A stretch of 64,000 bases of DNA. Origin: Lama guanicoe. Its lineage: Eukaryota. A model generated the notes under the pieces. It was not told the DNA's origin, made no database searches, and saw only the letters and a list, made by a program, of their open reading frames with translations. This document shows positions 1 to 12,165 of the stretch, one piece after another (position 1 is the stretch's first letter; each line of letters opens with the position of its first letter). Position numbers and translations under genes: made by a program. Where the stretch lies: positions 2,586,324 to 2,650,323 of the forward strand of contig MU053559.1 in assembly GCA_013239625.1 (NCBI GenBank), written 5' to 3'.

Positions 1-297
1 CCTGCTTCTCTTGAAAACCTACCCACCTCTATGTAAACATGCTCTGGCCTGAGAGACACATGACCCAGTCAGCCATGTTGCCACACCAATGCCATCCAAA
101 CCCTAGAAGTAGAGCCACCAGCGGATGGAGTGCCAGTTGCAGGTGTATGAGGGAGCCCAGCTGAGACCAACAGAAGAATTTGCCCAACTGAACCCAGATC
201 AAATTACCGGCTTGTGAGCTAAGTAGGTGGCTGGTGTGTTAAGCCACTCACTATGTTTTGGAGTGGTTTGTTACACAGCAGTGGTGAACTAACACAC
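1..297 (+). mobile_element. MaLR LTR 3' part (MLT1-type)
   Basis: Typical MLT1 end ttaagccact...ttttggagtggtttgttacacagca...aactaaca. Confidence 0.7.
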
Positions 298-455
298 ATA
301 GACTCTCAAGTTTTTGTTTCCTTTAAAATCTAGAAGGTGATCGTCTTAGTAAGAGAGGTAACAAAGGGCAAGTGTATCAAGAAATAATCATGTCCACTTA
401 ATCTTATTATACAAGTAATTGCTATCACTTTTGATTTTTAAAACATTTTCCATTA

Positions 456-607
456 GTGGAGGGTATAGCTCAAGTGGTAGAGCGCATGCCTAGAATGCAT
501 GAGGTCCTGGGTTCAATCCCCAGTACTTCCTCTAAATAATAGTAGTAATAATAATAATAATATAATAAACCTAATTACCTCCCTGCCAGGAAAAAAAAGA
601 AAAAAAA
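456..607 (+). mobile_element. tRNA-Ala-derived SINE (Vic-1-like)
   Basis: ggagggtatagctcaagtggtagagcgcatgc...gggttcaatccccagtac (A and B boxes), taaacctaattacctcc tail, poly(A). Confidence 0.9.
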
Positions 608-670
608 TTTTTAAAAATGTATTTTTCTCTTGTTGGTAGGGGTAGGCTAAGTGGAGGGTGTGACTGGCAG

Positions 671-1141
671 TGGCAAAGAAAAAATTATTCATGACACTTG
701 TTAAGGAACGGTGAGGCAAATGTTATTCAGGGCCATTGCTAGAGGTGTAGGGCCCTGCAATGGGGATTTGCAGTAGGGGAGAGGAATTGGGCTCAACTCT
801 AAATACAACAAAGAAAAGTTGGAATTTATAACCAAGGAGCAGAGGCAGGTTCAGAGAGGGTGGAGGCAGGGGGGAAGGGTCAGAGGATGGAAAATTACTA
901 AGAATCCTCAGAGGCTTCTTGTTGAGGTCAGGCCAGAGGGATCAGACATCACCTGAGGGAAGCTGGGGTAGCAAGAACCCCATCAGGTATGAAGGATGGA
1001 GGATTCTGGCTTAGAGAGATTCTTGCCAAAATTAAACAATGCAGAGATGAACCCAGAAGCCCAAAAGTAAAGGTCTAGTTGGGGAGAGGATTCAGAAAAG
1101 CCTGCCTGACTTAAGTTTGGTCAAGGAGAGACTCTTTGTCA
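671..1141 (-). mobile_element. ERV1-class solo LTR (MER67-like)
   Basis: Reverse strand starts TGACAAAGAGTCTCTCCTTGACCAAACTTAAGTCAGG, resembling the recalled MER67 5' end. Confidence 0.6.
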
Positions 1142-1427
1142 GTGGTTAAGGGACAGAATGTGAAAACAGGCATTCTTCAGCCTCTGTTTTCCACCCAGCA
1201 CTAAAGGGCACAGCAGCCAAGGGGCCAGAGCTCTCTGCCCTCACAGCCACTGGCCCTGAAGACTTCAAAGGCTCTTCTCTGTGTCCACCATCCTCAGAGA
1301 GAAGCCTGCCCTCCTCACTCTCCTGTGTCCTTTCCTGGAACAAGGCTCCATTCCTGCAGCAGAAGGACAGCATTCAGAAGCCAGCTTCTGTGAGGTTGCA
1401 CAGGGCCCACATTCAGAAGGGCCCCCA

Positions 1428-1890
1428 TGCTGAAAAGACTTAACACAGTAGGCTTATCCTTGGAGAGGCCTGTTTTCAAGGCTGACCCTTGGCTGGAGTC
1501 TGGCAACTTGGATGTTGGGGAGTTTCCCATCATTCCAGCTGATAAGGATGGTCGTGCTCATGCATGGTCGTGCCAAGCAAGGGATGCTCGTGTGGCCAGT
1601 GCCCAGTAGAAACACTGAGTGCTGAGTCTCTAATAAGCTCTCGTGGTTGGAAACATTTCACATGTGTTTTCATAACTCATTTATGACTACACCAGGAGAG
1701 GACTCTGGGAAAGTTGCTCCTGGTCTCCCCTGGACCTCTCCCTGTGTGCCTTCTCCCTATGCTGATTGTATTTGGTGCCCTTTAAACTGTAATAAGTCTG
1801 TCTTCACCCTAAGTACAACCATACGCCGAGTCCTGTAAGCCCTCCCATGCATCATCAAACCTGGGGGTGAGCTTGGGGACCCCCGATCCA
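1428..1890 (+). mobile_element. ERVL-class LTR (MER68/MER21 group), apparently nested in a degraded hAT (MER45/MER91-like) element
   Basis: tgctgaaaagacttaac...ccttggctggagtctggcaacttggat...caaacctgggggtgagcttggggacccc. Confidence 0.6.
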
Positions 1891-2040
1891 GCCTCACACT
1901 TTGAGATTTAAAGCTCTGCGGTCACCAGCTTGACATTCTTAGTAATTTTACCTTTGCATTGGTGTTTCCTAAGTGAAATCAGACAGGACAACAGAGCATG
2001 CGCCAGAGGCTTGGGCCCTCCCATCTTACTGGGATGGTTC

Positions 2041-2663
2041 TGATACAGGAAAAATGTGAGGCACAAGAGGATGGCCATCTCCCGGGTTCCAGGCGACTGC
2101 CTGGGACATGCCCTGCCAAGTGTGGGTCCTTGGCTTCATGCAGGAAAGAATTCAAGAGCCAGCCACAGTTGAGTAAAAGTAGATTTATTCAGAGAGATAC
2201 ACTCTTCATAGACAGAGTGCGGGCTGTATCAAAAGGCAAGAGAAAGGCCTAGGAGATAGCATTTCATAGGCAGAATGTGGGCCATCTTACTCAGAAGGGA
2301 GAGGGGACGCCTCAGACCATGGGATTGGCTAGGAAAAATGAGACTGGTCCCGAGGCATGCGGGTTGTTAAGTTTTTATGGGCTTGGTAACTTCATGTGCT
2401 AACAAGTGAGAGGATTATTCCAACTACTTTGGGGTAAGGGCTGAGATTCCCAGGAACTGGGCCATCACCCACTTTTTGACTTTTTACGGTCAGCCTTGAA
2501 ACTGTCCTGGCCCTTGTGGGAGTGCCATTAACAAGCTATTGTATTTCAATGAGCGGACGCTGAAGCTCAAAGTCTACTGGAAGTTGGATCTTCCACCCTT
2601 TTGGTGCTAATTGCTGTGTCATTCTTTTAATGAATGTGCCCTGCCCCCTTCCCTCCTATCTCA
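2041..2663 (-). mobile_element. ERV1-type solo LTR
   Basis: TG...CA termini with 4-bp TSD GTTC (2037-2040, 2664-2667); minus-strand AATAAA near 2184; shares blocks with the LTR at 16723. Confidence 0.8.
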
Positions 2664-5347
2664 GTTCCTGCCCCCTTCCCACCCCCGGCCATTGCTGCTG
2701 CACTCTGCCCCCAGCAAGGACCTAGACACAGGTATACAGTCCTGCGCATGGGCCCTGTGGTGTCTCTGGGTGGGGGACGGTGGCTGTGTCCTTGCCAGGG
2801 CTAACAGCTCCTCGGAACACTTAGTGAGTGATTCAGGGGGTGGAGGTGGGGCCAAGCCTCTCACCCACCACCAATCCAGAGACTGAGCACCTCCAGGCAC
2901 AGAGTTTGAAGTCCTTTGGGACTCGCTCCTTTTCATCTGCTGTGGGTTGCAGCAGTGGGCACATTGGAAGGGGAGTTGTCCAATAGACTTCCCCACCACA
3001 TCACCCTGTTTGTCAGTCTGGTAGCTGGAGGGTAGAGGGAACCAAATGTACTCGGTCTCAGGGCAAAGCCCCAGGGTGCCTGTGAAGGTGTGCATTTACC
3101 CACAGGACACATACCCCAGGGAGCAGGGCTTTAAACAGCAAATATAAGCAACATGACAGGAGGAGAGAGAGCATGGAAGAAGAGAAAAGGCTTTATATTT
3201 TGATATCTTTCATGGCACTTTCTTCCTGTTTCTTGAACAAGATGTCTCACATTTTCTTTTTGCACCGGGCCCCACGAATTCTGAAGCCAATCCTGACAAC
3301 AGCTGAATATGTTGAGCTCTTGGCACTTGGCCTGAATCATCTCCTTTCATCCTCACAAGTGTCCCCCAGGCTTTTGGACTGATATCCTAGAAGTGTGTTT
3401 CTCAACTTTTGAAACCATGACTCTGAGTAAGAAATATATTTTACATCATGACCCAGCCTGAGCCGAGCAAATGCTCCCACCTGCTTACTTGACTTCCCAG
3501 CACTGCACTGAAGTGAGGGCTGCCACAACCGGGGAGAGAGCTCTGCCATGGGACACAGAGGCAACTCTGACCCGGGATGGTGCCTGAGCAGGGTGGGGCG
3601 GTCACAGCTGGTACTTACACAGGCAGTGCATTGGGGTGGTCCCAATCTCTGATGGCAGCTGGACTGCCACATCCCACACTGTGATGCATACTGAGAGCCC
3701 ACTTGGGCTGCACCAGCTCTGTGGTGTGGGTCCACAATGGAGCAGTGGAAACTGGGGTTAGTGATTGGCTGTGAGGGACAAAGGACACTCAGACACAATG
3801 GGGGCTGCCATTACTGGAGCTTGAGGCACATCAAAGGCAGCCCAGACCTCTGTCTTCAGCTGGTCCACTGTAGCCAGTGTCCTGTCAGGAGCTGAGAGCC
3901 CACAGGCCCCTCTTGCTCCAGCATGCTTCCCTCTGGGGCAAGGGGCCAGTGCTGGGAGAAGAGAGAGGAGACACTTAAAGGGAACACAGTCAGATCAGAT
4001 TGGACAGTCAAGGCCTCTGCTCCATCAGTTTGGGCTCTGACTCCAACCCTGATAGGGCAGTGACAGTCACTGAGCAGAGGGGAAGCCCTGCCTCATATCT
4101 GGCTCTGCTCTAGCCCCTCCATCTTTAACCCCAAGTCCTACCAACGTGATGGCTACCAGTACACCCTGAGGAAAGATGTGACTTTTGCTCACTTCAAATA
4201 CTACTCTTCCACCAAAAGCACTGGGCATACACAAACTATACAGGGATGCTCCCACATAAGGACATCCCTTCAAGACCAGGATTGATAACTGTTTCACCAA
4301 ACTTTATACAGCTAGAGAAAATTAAGCAAAAAGGAAGACAGTGAAACTGGTCTCAATTGAAAGAGCAAGAGGAAAAATCCTGAAAAAATAAGTAATAAAA
4401 CAGAAATAAACAACTTACCAGATAAAGAATTCAAAGCATCAGTAACAAGAATGCTAACCAAATTAGAAAAAGAATAGATAAACAATGAGAATTTTAATGA
4501 GGAACTAGAAAATATAAAAAAGAATCAATCAAAACTGAAGAATACAATAACTAAAATGAAAATTATACTAGAAGGAATGAATATTAGACTAAGTGATGCA
4601 GAAGAGCCCATAAGTGATCTGGAAGATGGAATAAAGGAACTCACCCAATCAAAACAGCAGAAAGGAAAACAAATTTTAAAAAATGAGAACAGTTTAAGAG
4701 ATCCTTGGGAAAACTTCAAGTATACCAACGTTTGCATTGTAGGCTTCCCAGAAGGGGAAGAGAGAGAGAAGAGGGTCAAAAATATATTTGATGGAATTAT
4801 GGCTGGAAATTTCCAAAACCTGAAGAAGGAAACAGATATCCAGGTACAGGAAGCAAAATGGGTCCCAAACAAGATGAACCCAAACAGACTCACACCAAGA
4901 TGTATCATTAAAATGACACAAGTTAAATATAAAGAGAGAATGCTAAAGAGCAAGGGAAACACAAAGAGTCAAACACAAGGGTATTCCCCATAAGGCTATC
5001 AGCTGATTTTTCTGCAGAAACTTGGCAGGACAAAAGGGAGTGGCATGATGTATTCAAAGTGCTGAAATGGAAACACTTGAAACCTAAGATATTCTATCCA
5101 GCAAGATTATCATTTAGAATAGAAGGAGAGATAAAGAACTTCACAGACAAGCAAAAACTAAAAGAGTTCGTCAAAACTAGACCTACTCTAAAAAAAGGTG
5201 TTAAAGGGTCTTTTCTAAGTGGAAGACAAAGGCTATAAGAAGAAGTAAGAATCTATAGGAGAGGAAAAATCCCACAAGGAAAGGCAAATATACAGTAAGG
5301 GATGAGGATCAGCCACTTAAATAAGCTAGTAAGAAGGTTAAAAGAGA

Positions 5348-5520
5348 GGGAGGAGGGTATAGCTCAGTGGTAGAGTGTGTGCTTAGCATGCACAGGGTCC
5401 TGGGTTCAATCCCCACTACCTCCACTAAAAAACACATATGTAAAAAAATAAACATAATTACACTCCCTCAAAGAGCAAAAATAAATAAAATGCATGTGAA
5501 AAATTTTTTTTAAAAAAAAG
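5348..5520 (+). mobile_element. Vic-1-like SINE inserted in L1
   Basis: ggagggtatagctcagtggtagag...gggttcaatcccc; degenerate TSD (ttaaaaga on both sides). Confidence 0.9.
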
Positions 5521-5885
5521 ATTAAAAGACAGAAAAAAATTGTAAAAGCAACCATGACTACAATAAAGAGTGAAGGGAGAAACATAAAGATGTAAAATAG
5601 AACACCAAAAACAGAAAATGTAGGGGAGGGAAGTGAAAAAGATAGAACTTTTAGAATGTGTTTGAACTTAAATTTCCAGTTTAAAACAAGCAGACTGAGT
5701 TATCGGTCAACATATATGAAACCCATGAGAACCACAAGCTAAAAACCTACAACAGATACACAAAAACTTGAAAGAAAGAAACACGAGCATACTAATAGAG
5801 AAAATCATCATACTCATCGATAATTATTTTCAATGTCAATGGACTAAATGCTCCAATCAAAAGACATGTGATGGCTGATTGGATT

Positions 5886-6152
5886 AAGAAAACATGACCC
5901 ATTGACACAACATTGTAAAATGATTATAAATCAATAAAAAATGTTATAAAAAAAAAAAAGAAAAGAAAACACGACCCAGACACAACATTGTAAAATGATT
6001 ATAAATCAATAAAAAATGTTATAAAAAAAAAAAAGAAAAGAAAACACGACCCAGACACAACATTGTAAAATGACTATGACTCAATTTAAAAAATGTTTTA
6101 AAAAAATAAAAATAAATTTCCCTGAGGGAAAAAAAAAAGAAAACAAGACCCA
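5886..6152 (+). repeat. Three tandem ultra-short L1 3' tails separated by four copies of a 16-bp target sequence
   Basis: aagaaaacaNgaccca at 5886, 5963, 6038 and 6137, with gacacaacattgtaaaatga...poly(A) between them. Confidence 0.85.
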
Positions 6153-6330
6153 TCTATAAGCTGCTTACTCACTGCAGAGCTAAAGACATACAGAGACCGA
6201 AAGTGAGGGGATGAAAAAAGATACTTCATGCAAACAGAAACCACAAGAAAGCAAGGGTAGCAATACTCACATCAGACAAAATGGACTTTAAAACGAAGTC
6301 TACAACAAAAGACAAAGAAAGGTTTTATGC

Positions 6331-7320
6331 TCAATAACAACAGCAACAATAAAAACAACCTAATGGCAAAGTGGGCAGAAGACTTTCTAAACAGACGTCT
6401 TTCCAATGAAGACATAGAGATGGCCAATAGGCACATGAAAAAAAATGCTCAATATAACTAATTATCAGAGAAAGGCAAATCAAAACTACAGTGAAGTACC
6501 ACCTCACACCAGTCAAAATGGCCATCATCAAAAGTCTACAAATAATAAATGCTGGAGGGGGTGTGGAGAAAAGGAAACCCTCTAACACTGTTGGTGGGAA
6601 TGTAAATTGGTGCAGCCACTGTGGAGAACTGTCTGGAAGTTCCTTGGAAAACTGTATGGAAATTCCTTTAAAAACTAAAAATAGAGTTGCCATATGATCC
6701 TGCAATCCTATTCCTGGGCATATATCTGGAGAAATGTCTAATTTAAAAAGACTCATGCACCCCAGTGATCAGAGCAGCACTATTTACAATAACCAAGACA
6801 TGGAAGCAACCTAGATGTCCACTGACAGATGACTGGATAAAGAAGATGTGGTATATTTATACAATGGAACAATACTCAGTCATAAAAAATAATAAAATAA
6901 CACCATTTGCAGCAACATGGATGGACCTAGAGATTATCATACTAAGTGAGCCAGAGAGAGAAAGGAAAATACCATATGATATCACTTATATGTGGAATCC
7001 AAGAAAAGGACACAAATGAACTCATTTGCAAAACAGAAACAGACTCAGACATAGAAAACAAATTTATGGTTACCAGCAGGTAAAGGGGGTGAGAAGGGAT
7101 AAATTGGAAGTTCAAGATTTGCAGATACTAACTACTATATAGAAAATACATGAACAACAAGGTCCTACTGTATAGCACAGGGAACCATATTCAGTACCTT
7201 GTAATAGCTTATAATAAGAAAGAATATGAAAAGGACTATATTTATATATGTGTAAATGATTCACTATGCAGTTCACCAGAAACTAATACAACACTGTGTT
7301 TCAATTAAAAAAAGAAAAAG
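6331..7320 (+). mobile_element. LINE-1 3' fragment (ORF2 C-terminus + 3' UTR + poly(A))
   Basis: ORF2 CCHC-region peptides (YHLTPVKMAIIK; AALFTITKTWKQPRCP); 3' UTR ending in an A-rich tail. Confidence 0.9.
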
Positions 7321-7339
7321 GATGAAGGAATAGAGAAGG

Positions 7340-9740
7340 AAAAAACTAGCATAGTACTGGCATAGAAGCAGACACCTAGATCGATGGAGCAGACTAGAGA
7401 GCGCAGAAATAAACCCATGTGGCTATGGTCAATTAACCCACGACAAAGGAGGCAAGAATACACAATGGATAAAAGACAGTCTCTTCAATATGTGGTGCTG
7501 GGAAAACTGGACAGCTACATACAAAATAATGAGATTAGAACATTTCCTCACACCATATACAAAAATAAACTCAAAATAGATCAAAGCCTTAAATGTAAGG
7601 CCTGAAACCATAAAACTTCTAGAGGGAAACAAAGGCAGTATGTTTTTTGACATTGGCCTTAGCAATATTTTTTGGAATATGTCTTCTCACGCAAGAGAAA
7701 CAAAAGCAAAAATAAACAAATGGGATTACATCAAACTAAAATATTATTGCGCAGTGAAGAAAGCTATCAACAAAATGAAAAGGCTGCCTACTGAATGGGA
7801 GAAGATATTTGCAAGTGATATATCCAAAAAAGGGTTAATATCAAAAATATGCAAAGAACTCATACAACTCAACATCAAAAAAAAAAAAAAAAACAAACCT
7901 GGGTCTTAAAAAATGGACAGAGGGCCTGAATGGACATTTTTCCAAAGAAGACATACAGGTGGCCAACAGGCATATAAAAAGATGTTCACCATCACTAATT
8001 ATCAAGGAAATGTAAATCAGAACCACAATGAGATATCACCTGACACCTGTCAGAATGGCTATTATCAAAAATACAAGAAATAAGTGTTGGCGAGGATGTG
8101 GAGAAAAGGGAACCCTCATTCACTGTTAGGAATGTAAATTGGTGCAGCCACTGTGGAAAACAGTACGAACATTCTTCATAAAATTAAAACTGGAACTACC
8201 ATATGATCCAACAATTTCCCTTCTGAATATTTATCTGAAGAAAATGGAAACAGTATTTTGAAAAGATACATGCATAGCTACAGCATTATTTACAATAGGA
8301 AGCATCCTAAGTGCCCATCAATAGATGAATGGATAAAGAAGCTATTATATATATATATATATAGTGGAATACTACTCAGCCATAAAAAAGAATGAAATCT
8401 TGCCATTTGCAACAACATGGTTGGCCCTCAAGGGCATCATGCCAAGTGAAATAAGTCAGACAGAGAAAAACAAACACTGTATCATTTCACTTACATGTGG
8501 GATCTACAAAAACCAAAACAAATGAACAAATATAACTAAACAGAAACAGATTCATAGATACAGAAAACAAACTGGTGGTTGCCAGAGGGGAGGAGGTGGG
8601 GGGATGAGTGAAATAGGTGAGGGAGATTAAGAGGTACAAACTTTCAGTTACAAAATAAATGAGTTGGAGGTATGAAATGTACAGAGTGGGGAATATAGTC
8701 AGATGTAGTATCTCTGCATGGTGACAGACGATAACTAGACGTATCATGCTGGTCATTTGAAATGTGTAGATGTATCAAATCAGTAGTGTTTGTACCAAGA
8801 ACTAATGTTGTATTGTAGGTCAATTTTACTTCGAAAAACAAACAAACACATAGAAAAATAGATTAGCTTTGTGGCTATCAGAGGCAGAAGGTTGTGGGGA
8901 GAGGGAATTAGATGAAGTTAGTCAAATGGTACAGACTTCCAGATATAAGACAAATAAGTACTAGGGATGTAATGTATAACATGATAAAGGTAATTAACAC
9001 TGTGGTATGTTATATATGAAAGTTAAGAGAGTAAATCATAAGAGTTCTCATCACAAAGGAGAAAAAAGTGGTTTTTTTCTATTTCTTTACTTTTTTAACA
9101 TTTTTTATTGATTTATAATCATTTTACAATGTTGTGTCAAATTCCAGTGTTCAGCACAATTTTTCAGTTATGCATGAACATATATATATTCATTGTCACA
9201 TTTTTTTCTCTGTGAGCTACCATAAGATTTTGTGTATATTTTCCTGTGCTCTACAGTATAATCTTGTTTATCTAGTCTACAATTTTGAAATCCCAGTCTA
9301 TCCCTTCCCACCCTCCACCCCCCTGGCAACCACAAGTCTGTATTCTCTGTCTATGAGTCTATTTCTGTCCTGTATTTATGCTTTGTTTTTGTTTGTTTGT
9401 TTTTGTTTTTTAGATTCCACATATGAGCGATCTCATATGGTATTTTTCTTTCTCTTTCTGGCTTAGTTCACTTAGAATGACATTCTCCAAGAGCATCCAT
9501 GTTGCTGCAAATGGTGTTATGTTGTCGGTTTTTATGGCTGAGTGGTATTTCATTGTATAAATGTACATCAGCAGGTGACTGGATAAAGAAGATGTGGTAT
9601 ATTTATTCAATGGAATACTACTCTATTTCTTTAATGTTGTATCTTTATGAGATGATGGATGCTCACCAAACCTATTATGGTAACCATTTCATGATGTATG
9701 TAAGTCAAATCATTATATTGTACATCATAAAAAAGAAAGA
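7340..9740 (+). mobile_element. Older LINE-1 ORF2 3' half + 3' UTR, interrupted at 9090-9621
   Basis: ORF2 peptides ([20 protein letters not shown]); L1M-type 3' UTR resumes after the TSD at 9634. Confidence 0.85.
9090..9621 (-). mobile_element. Younger LINE-1 3' end with 5' inversion
   Basis: Poly(T)-led minus-strand 3' end to ~9568, then ~50 nt of plus-strand L1; perfect 12-bp TSD tctatttcttta (9078-9089, 9622-9633). Confidence 0.85.
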
Positions 9741-10777
9741 ACCAAAGCTGCCTTATGAAATGTCACATCTCCCTTCTCTCATGTTGAAGAATCTTTTTGC
9801 CAAGTTGAAGGCCCATGACTAATGCAAGTGTCATGGGCTACAAAGGTCTTTCCAGCTATCATATTGGCCAACTCTACAAATGATGGTAAGCCACGTCCAG
9901 AGGATGTACCTGTGACCATTAGCCAGGGGACCCCCACGTAGTTTGTGTATCTGATAGTTCAAACCTGTGAGGAGCTGGCTGGGGCAGCCCAATCCATTCC
10001 AACTCTTTCTCATCCAACAAAGAATCAAGGCACAGAACTCAGATTCGTTCCCCTACAGCGAAAAGCTGCCTCTTCTGACTGTGTCACAAGTAAGGAAAGG
10101 AAACTGCAGTCTGGAAATGGTTTGGGAATGAGAAGTTTGTAAAGAAAAGCACCGAGGGCCCATCCCAGCCTGATGGTCTGCTGCTAAGATCACATTCCAA
10201 CCATCCTTGGCAACTTTGCAAAGAGTCTGCCTGTTGGCGCTCATCTCTTTGCCGAGCAAAAGGCCTGGCAACTAGAAGACGCTAATTGGTTGATCTCATG
10301 CAGAGCACAGAAGCTTTTTCCAAGAGAAGGCAGTTAGGAAACAATTAAAAGAAGCCGAAAGGATTGTCCCCAGTCTCAGGTCCTCAGGGGCCATTGAAGT
10401 TTGTTCCACTCGTTGGACCATAACCTCTGTGGCTCATCAGATTTCACATTCTGCCTGGTACAAGTCATCTGGTTTTGATCATAAGACAAGCAGAGTAAGC
10501 AACTATAGCTGGACTGATACAAACCCTCAACCGCTCCTAGAAAACTTAGCACAAATATACTTTATAACAGCGGTCAGTAACGCCGTGTCCTGCTGGAAAA
10601 GAGAGCACAGCCCAGACCTCAATTCCCCACCCAGAGCTTTCCCTACTACGAGAGGAATCAGGCAACCTAAGACTTTCACAGGCAGCCTGGTCAGGTAGGA
10701 ACTATCTTAGCATTTCTGAAGGGGTATGAGCAACATGAGCCTGGAAAGTTTCTTCTAGAAAGAGTTCCTTGTTCAAA

Positions 10778-12165
10778 AACTTATTTACAAACCAGAGACA
10801 GACTCACAGACATAGGAAAAAAACCTGATGGTTATCAGAGGGGAAAAGAGGGTGGAGGGATAAACTGGGAGTTTGGGATTTGCAGATACAAACTACTATA
10901 TATAAAATAGATAAACAGCAAGGTTCTACGTAGAGCACAGGGAATTATATTCAATATCTTGTAGTAACCTATAATGAAAAAGAATATGAAAAGAAATATA
11001 TGTATGTATATGTATGACTGAAACATGATGCTGTACACCAGAAATTGATACAACCTTGCAAACTGACTATACTTCAGTAAAAAATAATAAATTTTTTTCC
11101 AGTTTTATTAGGTAGAATTATTACAGTTCAACTACACAGACACATTATATTGCATGTAAATACATATATACAGTATACTGCACATTTTTTAGTTTATGTA
11201 TATGTACTGATTATTGTTTCTAAGAACAGATTAGATCTTTAGCTTTTTAAACTTACATCGTTATCAAAGGAATAAAGCCAACTACTAAATAAGAATCAAC
11301 AGAATGCAATAATACAATCATAAAGGACAGTCAAATGTGCTTACACATATTCAAGAAATCAAAATAATAATCAGTTCATTTGTGTCTTTATTATTATTGT
11401 TATTACTTTTTAGATTCTTCATATAAATGATGTCATATGGCATTTTTCTTTCTCTTTCTGGCCCACTTCACTTTGAATGACAGTCTTCAGGTCTATCTAT
11501 ATTGCTGCAAATGGCATTATTTTATTCTTTTTTATGGCTGAGTAGTATTCCATTGTATAAATATACCACATCTTCTTTACCCAGTCACCTGTTGATAGAC
11601 ATTTAGGTTGTTTCCATGTCTTGGCTATCGTACATAGTGCTGCTATGAACATTGGGGTGCATGTGTCTTTTTGAATTTTATTTTTCTCTGGATATATGCC
11701 CAGGAGTGGGATTGCTGGATCACGTGGTAAGTCTATTTTCAGTTTTTTAAGGAACCTCCATACTGTCCTCCATAGTGGCTGCACCAAACTACATTCCTAC
11801 CAACAGTGTAGGAGGGTTCCCTTTTCTCCACACCCTCTCCAGCATCTACCATTTGTAAACTTTTCAATGATGGCCATTCTGGCTGGTATGTATACGTATG
11901 ACTGAAACACGATGCTGTACACCAGAAACTGACACTTTGTAACTGACTATACTTCAATAAAAAATAATTTTTAAAATTTAAAAAACAAAAAATAGATAAA
12001 CAACAAGGTCCTACTGTATAGCAGAAGGAATTATACGCAATACCTTGTAATAGCCTCTAATGAAAAGGAATATATATATAAAATGTATAACCGAATCACT
12101 ATGCTGTACACCAGAAATTAACACAACATTGTAAACCAACTATACTTCAATTTAAAAAAAAAAAC
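10778..12165 (+). mobile_element. Nest of LINE-1 3' UTR fragments enclosing a minus-strand L1
   Basis: Canonical 3' UTR blocks (gactcacagacatag, aaggtcctactgtatagca, tatacttcaa-poly(A)) repeated around 11092-11886. Confidence 0.85.
11092..11886 (-). mobile_element. 5'-truncated LINE-1 with atypical 3' tail (copy A)
   Basis: ORF 11497-11787 is the L1 ORF2 C-terminus ([15 protein letters not shown]...); 11100-11362 differs from other L1 3' UTRs here and is homologous to 58339-58592. Confidence 0.88.

Larger units (their letters stand above)
3460..6330 (+). mobile_element. LINE-1 5' region: 5' UTR, degenerate ORF1 (~4330-5220) and start of ORF2 endonuclease
   Basis: ORF 4556-4993 is L1 ORF1p-like (LRDPWENFKYTNVCIVGFPEGEE...NFQNLKKETDIQVQEA); ORF2 start aatgtcaatggactaaatgctccaatcaaaagac near 5830; frameshifts and stops; 5' boundary uncertain. 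Confidence 0.85.

Noticed and set aside
4556..4993. 145-aa ORF as a functional gene
   Set aside because: Fragment of L1 ORF1p bounded by frameshifts and stops; the element is disrupted by several insertions.
5886..6152. CRISPR-like repeat-spacer array
   Set aside because: Mammalian DNA; the 'spacers' are near-identical L1 3' tails with poly(A), the 'repeats' are the L1 target site, and there are no cas genes.
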